Notes under the pieces: generated by a model
The model's input: only the letters and a program-made list of their open reading frames with translations
The model's database searches: none
Told to the model about the DNA's origin: nothing
Made by a program: the position numbers and the translations under genes
In this document: in pieces, positions 26,150-35,880 of the stretch
Numbering within the stretch: the stretch's first letter is position 1
How the letters are laid out: each line of letters begins with the position of its first letter
DNA from: Gnetum montanum
Taxonomy: Eukaryota > Plantae > Gnetophyta
Length of the DNA: 64,000 nt
NCBI GenBank assembly: GCA_015680685.1
Contig: MNCI01003361.1
Coordinates: 1 to 64,000, forward strand
Reading direction: 5' to 3'

Positions 26150-28481
26150 CAACAAATAAGATTATTACTTCAAAAAGGCTCTTGTTTTCATGCTTTTGTT
26201 CTATCTATGTATATATCTATTATGTCAGCTATAAAATTTGTTGTGGTTAAGGTTCTTGTGAAAACAAAAAATACTAGAGTGAGAGTTTGTAAATAACTCC
26301 AAAGATCTCTAGGTAAGTCTTTTGGACATCATTAAAAGTTAAAGAAAGATCTATTAATGCAAGAACACTTTTTTATGTAAGGTTGTAAGTTAAGAGATTA
26401 TGTAAGATTCACTGCAACTTTATGTTTATTTCTTAGAATCGAAGAATTGGAGGTATTCTAGCGATTTATTCTATTCTCCTAGCTTTCTTTTATTAATTTA
26501 CTTGCATTACATATTGAAAACATGAAGAATTTAGGAATCCCTGGCTAATTAAAATGGAGAGGGAAAAATGCCATTGAAGTAAGAAAGACTTATCCAATCA
26601 TGAAACTCCACAAAAACTGTCATTATACCTATTTGTGGTTGAATGAGGTTCTTTTCCTCATACATGAGTGATATTAAATCATCTTAGGGTTAAGTATAAT
26701 TAGGATAATGTAACTACATAATAAGTTATTCAGAAAACATTAGTGTCTTTAAGTAACTTTGATTTACATGCACATGATAGTTTCACTTAGCTAAAAGATA
26801 AGTAGAAGTGTAAAGAAATAGACTTGATTTTATTTTGAATTCTACCTTTTATCATCATCCTCTTCACTTTTTTTTTAAAAAAATTATCTTCTTTTTTTAA
26901 ACATGACTTTAAAAAATAATTTACATCCTACCTTACATGGCCTTCTACATTATAGAGGCCCTTAACCATGAGAAATGTTTTTCCTCTTGGTATTCACTAA
27001 TATTTCTTATGAACACTAGAAATGTAGATGAGGATGCCACCTCAGTCTATTTTGTGACATTATAAATTTACATGTGTTACTATGTCTTGATACTTACAAA
27101 TTACTGAAAAATGTTATTAAATATTTAAAATATTTTCATTTGATAACATTTTAAAACTATGATAAGTACCTGTGCTTTAAGAGTCTTCACCTCGCTCAAC
27201 ATTAATCTTAGCTGTTAAAGTATCCATATATTAAATAATATCATTTGATTATAATTTGATTATTATATAATTGGATTATTTGATTCATATTACCTTCTTT
27301 TTAGAAATCCTTCTAATGGTACGCTCCACCCTTTTTTCTATATACTTTAACTCTTCTAAAGTCATTGATTCTAGATCTTCACCCATGAGATTTCTGCACA
27401 ATTGAGTATATAAGAAATAAACAAGAAATGATATTTAATAGATCTTTCAAAAAATAGAAAATAAAGTTATAAAATTTACCTTTGTGATTTTTCTAAATGA
27501 TTAATCTTCTTCGTATGCATTTCTTTTCCAACTTGATGATACTGTAAAGTTAAAATAATATTTATTTGTATAGCATTAATTTAATTTTACATGAGAATGT
27601 GCTATTTTATTTATAATCAGGAGAGAGAATTTTGAACCAGTAAAAATATATTATATTAAGAGATTCGAATTACAAGGAGGTAAATCTTGGAATCATAACC
27701 ATCAACCATGATAAAAGAATCAAATTTATAATAAAACTAAAATAGTTATCTCAAGCTAGCAATTTAATCCTAACTTCAAAAATAAAAAAATTATATGCAT
27801 GTAAAGCCCAAAGACTTCATAAATCAAGTCCTGCTTAATATATGTTCTCTTTCCAAGTATTTACCACTAGTTAACATAATCTATATTGATCTTTGTAGTT
27901 TTAAAATTCCTTTAACTATTTCCTTCCAAACTTGAAAGATCACATATACTAGCAAATTACTTCAAATTTTACTAATGCATTGAGTGCTAGTAATCAAAGT
28001 TCAAGCTATTGTAAGATCCTATAAAGATTTCGATATAATAAAATAGTGATTTGTAGTTTTTCACACTCTAGTTCAAGTATGAAAATTTATAGGGTAATGT
28101 GAAAAAAAAAAAGATTACTATCTTCATAAGCATTCTTCTAGAAACATTTGTAAGCATCTTTAAAAAATTATTGATTGCTAAAATTTTTCCTTTCCAACAT
28201 AATTCAAACAAACAAACTTTAGGAATTAGATCCATCGTTTATCACAAAATAGAATGTATCATAAATGCTTATGATATTAATTATTTATAACTAAGGGAGG
28301 AACTTGAGGATACTTTCTTAATGAATCTTCCAACTAAAATATTAAAGAAAATGAAGAAAATTAGGTGTGAAAGCCCAAAAGTCATGTTTTATATAAAATT
28401 AAATTAAAAGTATTTGATGGAAAATATACATGAAAATGACAATAAATGCCTTTTAAAAATCCATTTTCTTGGAGTCAATCT

Positions 28482-29661
28482 ACAAGCAACACCAAGGATG
28501 ATATTGAGGGTTGATCCTTGCCTTATGGCATGCCACTTTACAGGTGCTGACACCAAGACCCACGACCCCATATAGGGTTATGTACACTTGTATGCCGATT
28601 GTGTTGCAAGGCATGATGGCCTATTAGAGAAGGTTTGTAGAGGGGAGGGATACTTTGGTGGTTGCAATTGAGGAGGGAGACATCTCAGGGAGTTTTGGTT
28701 TGGTGATACAGAGGAGGTTGTCTGATGAACTACTGTGCATCATGGAAGAGGTGGCTGAGAAAGCAAGGATCAAGGAAGGACACCTTTGGGAAGCCAAATG
28801 GTGTGCTCAGGAGGAATATTAGTGCGTGATGATGCACCTAGAAGTCCAATTTGCAAAGAGAGAAAAGAAGCTAGTGCATCAACATGCGCTTCGAGAAGAG
28901 AGGAGTTGGGTTGTGCTAATTGATGACCTACGGACACAAACTAGGGAAGAGCTATAGTGAGAAGAGGAACAAAGGATGGAGTGGGAAAGATTGGAGCTAT
29001 TGCAAACTGAATAGCTGCAGAGGTAGCAGGATAAACTGCACACCCTAAATGCCAGAATGTGACTACAGAATGGGTGCTGCCATATGTCGTCTTGAATATT
29101 AACATTGACACCAGTTGGTCAGTGCTTGGTTGACACATCAAAAGATCTTCTATCAAGCTCCACCTTGATGGGAAGGGAATTGTTGATGAATGTGCCAGAA
29201 TGGAAGGAGCTTTCAAGGAGTTTTAGCAAGAAGCTACCTTCATTGATTCAGAGCACCATTAGGAGGTGCTAATGAATATTCACAACTAGGAAGCACTTAA
29301 TTACAATTGTTACACACTATCCAAGCATTTGTAGTCTTGTGAGGATTGTAGGTTTCATGGAATAGTTTTTGTGTTTTCTATGTTTTTGGTGCGTATTTGT
29401 GGGGGCCAACTGTGGGGCCTCATTTTTTGATGTGGCGTTTCTTGGGTGGGGGTTTGGCTGATCGTAGCCTTCTTCATTGGTTGGCCTCCTAGTGTCGTGT
29501 GTGTGGGCAGGGCTAGGCGAGGGAGGGAGGGGGGGCCAGGGAGTTATCTTCCATGTTTGATGAGGGAGGGGGGGCCATCTCCCCCGAACAAAAGTAAAAA
29601 TAAAAATTTTTGATTGCACAATCTCTTCTTTTTAGTAATATAATCTTGAACATTCTCTAAA
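28482..29661 (+). mobile_element. 5'-truncated non-LTR insertion, copy 3, coiled-coil plus J-domain
   Basis: Glu/Lys-rich helical region (HLWEAKWCAQEEY), J-domain, G-rich 3' UTR and L1-type terminus (tagtaatataatcttgaacattctctaaa); left boundary approximate; TSD not found. Confidence 0.72.
29077..29274 (+). pseudogene. J-domain pseudogene segment (H-L-D at 29161-29169)
   Basis: LPYVVLNINIDTSWSVLG*HIKRSSIKLHLDGKGIVDECARMEGAFKEF*QEATFIDSEHH*EVLM; CAC CTT GAT is one C>T from CAC CCT GAT; keeps the FKE helix III motif. Confidence 0.75.
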
Positions 29662-32600
29662 GTTTGCATGATACGAGCTTTAAGCCTAGAATCAGTGTGG
29701 GTAGCGTAAAGTGCAGATTTGGCACGATTCACCTCCAGACCCACCTCTTGCGCCATACATATTAATACCCGATCTGAAGCTTTAGCTAGCTTGTAGCACC
29801 AAAGCATACATAAAAAGCATGACATCATCCACATAGTGTTCCACCATGCAGTCAACCCCGTTGATATGTAGGCTCCATACCCCTTTAGGTCGATAGTAAT
29901 CCTACAAGGTGTCATAACTAGAATGAAGAGATATGAAGACAATGGGTCCCCTTGTCGAAGATCCCACCCTAGCAATGAGAAACCCCAAAGAGCCCCCTCC
30001 AAATCAATGGAATAAGCCGTAGATGATTGTATGTGGAGATAGAGGTCAACGAAAGCATGACTAAAAGCTTTCCCTACCATAATATCTCTTAAGGTGTTCC
30101 AACTAACAATGTCAAAATCCTTTGTCATGTCCAACTTAAAACAAAGCCCAGGAAAATGCGCCACACAAAGGAAGTGCAAAATCTCTTGCAAAAGGATCAC
30201 CTGATCTTGAAGAAGCCTGTTCCTCACAAAAACAATCTAATTATGTTGCATCCAACGTGGCAACAAGGGTCTCAACCTTCTAATGAGTGATTTCGTAAAC
30301 AAATGGAGTAGGGTATTACAGATCCCAATGGGCTTGTAATGAGCAGCCTTTGAAGGGTTCACAATTTTGAGGATAAGTACAATTCTAGAACAATTTATTT
30401 CCTAGGTGAATTTGTTTCCAATGTAACATGGCATTAAATGCTTCAAGGATATTTTTGCCTAAAACATCCACAAATTCTTGGAGAAATTCGATGGGCCAAC
30501 CATCGGGCCTTGGTGCCCTTTCCTTCTTTAGTTTCTTCAAGGCACATTAAGTTCCTCCCATGTAAATGGAACCAACAAACATCGATTGTCTTTTGTTGTA
30601 AGCATTGGTTGAACCTATATTGATAAAGGAACCCTCTCCTGCATCCTCCAAATGTCTCCCTGGAAAGACTAGAACTCGTGGGCAATATTAGCAGTCTGTT
30701 CAAGCACTTACCCCTACTTGATGAGACTGTGCACTGACTTCATCTAGTTACTTGCTTGAGTAGTCACAAAGAAAATCCTCATCAAGCGATCATCATCCTT
30801 CATCCAACGGATGTAGGATCATTGCCTCGAGTATTCCATTTCTTCCTGGTCCAATTGTTGAAGCTTAAGAAGCAGAACCTGTTCATCATGATCCAACACC
30901 TCCCCTCTTTCCTACCTTTCTTGGAGTCGAGCCAACCATTGTTGCAATAGCTCCTAGTGAAATTTGAATGAAAACTTCTCCTCTTGTCAACGAGAATAGA
31001 GCTCCTATTTTAGAAGGTGAAGCCCATTTATAAGAAACTCCTATGGATCCATTGTAGCAAAATACTTATCTAAAATGATTGTCACTAGTGGCCGAAGCTA
31101 GGGCTTTAAGAGCCAAGTCCATTCGAATCAGAACCAAAAAACCTTAGGATGGGACTTTCTCCCAACTTGGCAAATCAGGAATCGATGGTCTAACGCTCAC
31201 CACTCAGTCCCATAAACCCACACAGTCTTAAGCATAATAGGGAGTCCAAGCCAAACATGATCAATCCTAGAGAGCACTCTAGTACTCTCCTTCATGTGGT
31301 TGCTCCAAGTATAGTGACATTTATCGATTTCCACATCTACCATGCCATGTTGATGTAGGAACTGCAAAAAAGACTTAGTGCCTACTAGCATAGTGCTATT
31401 TCTCCCATCTTTTTCCAAGCATGAAGATGTTGGCTAAACCCCCCCACAATGATCCATTGTTGCATGTTTGAAACAAGCGCAACAACTCTTTCAAGCTCAA
31501 TGAGCCATCTCTCCCACACCTGCTCCTTGTAGAAGTTTGTAAGCTAGTACCTAGAAGATGGCAAGTGAATAGTAATAATCTAGGTAAAAGCATCAACTAA
31601 ATGAAAGGGAACCTTGGATAATAGAGCAAGACCACCAGCTCATCGTCAACAAGCAACTTGATGCACCTGCCACCCTTCCCAATTCAGAAACTAAATTCCT
31701 AACTCAAGAGCTTGGTTTCCTCTAAACATACCACATTGCAACCATCTTTATTCACGATTTTGTTGTCACATAAGACCATTTATTGGAGCAGTAGTAGAAT
31801 TTACCTCTAGTTTGAAACGAAAATTATTGGAGTTGGTCATGTTGGTGATATACAAGTTTTGCTTACTTATTAATGTAGAAAAAGAAGATTTAAATTATGT
31901 GGTCGATGGAAAAGGGACAGGCTTTGGAAACACCATGTGCACTAGAGCCTTAGGACTAACAACATTCCCCATAGGCACTGTGCCCCCATATGCGCCACGC
32001 AAGCCCCCACCTGGCCTTTCCATTTCACCTTTGTTTATCCACCCTCATCCAATTTAGCAGCCTCATCCCTTTTGGCCTAACAAGCCTCTATGATGTGGCC
32101 AAGCTTGCCATAGTAGTGACAAGATCCTTTTTGGATCTAGTTTTGAAGTCTCTATTAATAAGTTTTTATATTCCACGGAGATACACTCATCCCTTGAGGG
32201 CAATGCCAGAACAACATCCTTAAGGAGGTTTGTAGCTGCTAAAGACCTCCAAACACAAAAGCAAGCAAATCCCATTCACTTAAAGGAAGTGGTAGACTTA
32301 TCCAATGCTATGAATTCTCCAAAAAACGTGATAAATGACTCAATAAACTCAAGCGTTTAAAGCTCCCAAGGGAGCCCTGAGACCTTGATTCAAACCATCA
32401 CCCAAGAGAAACAGTTGAGGTCCCAATGGGCATTGGGTCTTCACTGTGTGAGAGCACGGCCCTGAGCCCCAAAGAACCATGCGCCCCCCCCCCCNNNNNN
32501 NNNNNNNNNNNNNNNNNNNNNNNNNNNNNNNNNNNNNNNNNNNNNNNNNNNNNNNNNNNNNNNNNNNNNNNNNNNNNNNNNNNNNNNNNNNNNNNNNNNN

Positions 32601-32913
32601 NNNNNNNNNNNNNNNNNNNNNNNNNNNNNNNNNNNNNNNNNNNNNNNNNNNNNNNNNNNNNNNNNNNNNNNNNNNNNNNNNNNNNNNNNNNNNNNNNNNN
32701 NNNNNNNNNNNNNNNNNNNNNNNNNNNNNNNNNNNNNNNNNNNNNNNNNNCCAAAGAAACCCTTTGGCCCCTCATTGTTTCATATCCCTTCACTAGGATC
32801 ACCACTTGTTGGCCCTAGAAAACTCTCCTTCCCGCTATCATCTGCCACACCACCTTCATTGTCCACATCCCCCATGCCCATGCTCACACTCACTCCCACT
32901 TACTCCCACTCCA
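29662..32913 (-). mobile_element. Decayed L1-clade LINE, 3'-truncated within RT; contains an assembly gap
   Basis: Minus strand: ORF1 V*IKVSGLPWEL* (~32390), endonuclease VCLEETKL...YTWSN...SRIDHVW (31200-31790), RT KLDMTKDFDIVSW...LRQGDPLSSYLF...GLEVNRAKS (ORF 29544-30227); clearly related to the L1 at 2759-8738. Confidence 0.88.
32495..32750. other. Assembly gap (N run)
   Basis: 256 N after a poly-C run; the ORFs spanning it are artefacts. Confidence 1.
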
Positions 32914-34300
32914 ACTGTCATTATGTTCTTCTACTCATGTTGATTTCATACTTGGTAGACCTTGAAATTATAATAACAAAAATACCTATGATGGAGTAAG
33001 GAGTATTTGGTCAGTTTCTAGGAAAGATGGGATATGCCAATTGATTCCTATGATATCGAAAAAATATAAAAAAATATGCCTATTAATGCTTCTTGGATTT
33101 TGCTTAGTAAGAAAAAATATCTCAAAGCTCATGAAGAAATTGGTCATGGTTTTGCTATTTTTTCTATTATTACAACACATGAAGAGGAGTCACAACATGA
33201 ACTTTTAGTAGCAAAGCAAATTTTAGCATAAGAATTTGCTAATATATTTAATGGAAAATTCAAGGACTTCCATCAATGAGAGCCATGCAACACTAGATTG
33301 ATTTCATACCTGGAGAAACTATTCCATATAAGAAAGCTTACCAAATGACTCCACATTAGAGGGAGGAGTTGCATAAAGAAATGAACCGTTCTTCAATGGT
33401 TTTATCAAGGAATCTATTTCTTCATGTGCTATTCTAACTATTCTCGTTCCCAAAAAGGATACTGATGAAATGAAAATGTGCATTAATTCTAGGGTCAATA
33501 ATAAAATCATTATTAAGTACAAATTTTCTATTCCTAAAATGGATGACATTCTTGATATTTTTATCAATGCTAAATATTTTCAAAGATTGATTTGAAAAGT
33601 AACTATTGTTATATAAGAATTAGATTAAGAAATGAATGAAAAACAACATTTAAAACTCCCGATGATTTATATGGATTATTAGTTCTACCTTTTGGGACAA
33701 CCAATGCACCAACTACATTCATAAGGCTTATGCATAATGTTTGAAGAGATCTTATTGAAATTTCTTGCATTATTTTCCTTGATGATAATGTTATCTACAA
33801 TTCTAATAATGATGAACATGTATAACACTTGAGGATGGTGTGCTTAAAGTTACTTAAAGGATGGTGTGCTTTGATTTCTTTGCTAAATTATATCCAAAAG
33901 ATACTAATTTTTGTGATAGTTGGAAAGTATTGAATGCTCCATTATTAGACATGATTAATAAATGGAAGGCCTATCATATCAAGAATAGTATTTTTCTAGA
34001 AATGAAATAATTTATATCCCCAAATGTGATTTTGGATTCAATATTCTTAAAGAAAAGCATAATAGTAACATGGTTAGATATATGGGCAAGATGATGACTT
34101 TGGAATTAGTGAGCAAGAATTATTTTTGACCAAGTATGCATAAAGATATTAAATTTATTAAAGAATAGTATGTTTTTCTAAAATTCAAATTAGTACGGGT
34201 ATTAATGTATGCTACATGCTCTTACCTATGGCAAATGCTCCTTGAGAAAGTTTTTCTTTAGCCTTTATTTAAGGCATTCTAAGAATAAGATCTACTCATG
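32914..34300 (+). pseudogene. Highly decayed Gypsy pol fragment (protease end, RT, part of integrase), same family as 742-14952
   Basis: [36 protein letters not shown]; integrase zinc-binding region similar to 12780-12900; RT thumb/RNase H deleted at ~33850. Confidence 0.8.
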
Positions 34301-34925
34301 ATTTTCATCTACCTACGTAAGTTCACAGATCATAGTTATGATATCATATCTCTACCTACGATGTCATCAATGTGATATATTTGAGCTTGGACATATCTAT
34401 AAATATGAGCTATCCATTGCACAAAAGAATAACTTTTAGTTCACCCTTATTGAAATTATTGTAGTTTATTTTCTTGAAGTTAAAATTAGTTGTGAGTGTC
34501 TGTAATATGATCTTAAGTAGTTGTACGACATCTTTGTTTGAGTAAAGTATACTTGGATATGCTTTATGGAAGACAATAAAGATTGAGATTGTTTATGATC
34601 ATTGCAACATCTCACATAGCATAGAATTACTTTTAATATATATTTTTACAATTTAAATATCATTTACATTTTTTAATGTATGTAGTACTTGGTAGAGTAA
34701 ATACAACTAATCTCAAGCATTAAGTCTGGACTCTCTGAAACGTAAGAGGTTGGGTCAACATCCTAGAGTGATCATGGCCCTATGGTGGTTGTGACTAACT
34801 GAAATTTCTAGACAACAGAGGCCGAAGCCTTGGCTAGTTTATTAGAGAAGCCATGGGTGGATTGTTCAGGGAACTCAGATGCTTGATGCTAAGGAGCTGG
34901 GAAAGGAAGTTAAGGGTTTGACAGT

Positions 34926-35731
34926 TGATGGGACGCGATATTACATGGGTTGCGATATCATGTACGCGATGTATCGTATGCGATATCGCGTCGCACCGCA
35001 AAATCTATAAATAAGAGGTGACTCTCCCTTGTTTCTCGATCTAGATCTAGACCCTTAGCGAAACTCTAGCAGTTTTACCTCTCCAAAGATGGAATAATTT
35101 CCATGTGCCCGCAGTAGGAGTCCCAAAGTGAACGAATCTTTATTCAAGCAAATATTGTACCTAAGCACAAGTTTGTGTACGGAAATAAAGATAAACTTTT
35201 TGGATAAACCTTGCAGTGCATGTACTAGGTTAAATAGGACTTTAATTATTGTTATTTATTGTTCATCGTTTAAATGCTTTATTAGTTAATTAAATCTCTC
35301 TCAACCCTTCTCTCCTAGTTAAGTGCATTCAGTACGACCGCTTCGAGCACGTGCGTTATGCTTGGTAATCCTAGTAACGAATAGTGTTTGGTAATCCCAA
35401 GGTTGCATTGGTTCAGGGTGTGAACGGCAAGTGGGAATGGATACTGATGCTAGGCATTAGAACTTAGTTAGTTAAAGTTAGTTACTTAGTCTCTTCACCC
35501 TTTCCTTCATTAGCATTGGCGATAAAACATAAAAGATATAAAAATCACATACCTCGGACTTAGTTAACCATAAAACCGTGACAAATACAAGTAAGTCTGG
35601 GAAGACAACGAACGATTAACCTTAAGTGTTTCATAAGGAAAGTAGGCACTTAGTCTACGGAGTTCGACTGGATCGCGCATGTAACGTTCGTATTCGTATG
35701 GTTGAGTGTAGGGGTACCTCATTACTCATCA
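34926..35731 (+). repeat. 5' LTR of element A
   Basis: tgatggg...tcatca; CpG-rich gcgatatcgc palindromes at its start; TATA ctataaata ~35005; homologous to both LTRs of element B. Confidence 0.92.
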
Positions 35732-35732
35732 T

Positions 35733-35750
35733 TGGCGCCGTTGCCAGGGA
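35733..35750 (+). promoter_or_regulatory. Primer binding site (tRNA-Asp type, Athila-like)
   Basis: tggcgccgttgccaggga 1 bp after the LTR. Confidence 0.85.
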
Positions 35751-35880
35751 CTAAGTTGTTTGTGCGCTAAGTAGAACATAGGAAATCATCCACATCGTTG
35801 GGAAGCTTAAACGAACCCTTAGGGTTAATCAGAAGAAATTTTAACAATGGTCAATCAACACACCGAATAAGAGACAATGT

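Noticed and set aside
32398-32818. ORFs of 105-135 aa
   Set aside because: They are artefacts of the 256-N gap.
32940-33313. Near-identical 16-mers ttgatttcatac(t/c)tgg as a possible LINE TSD
   Set aside because: Both lie on the same side of the LINE, and each is explained by Gypsy coding (DFILGRP and IDFIPG).
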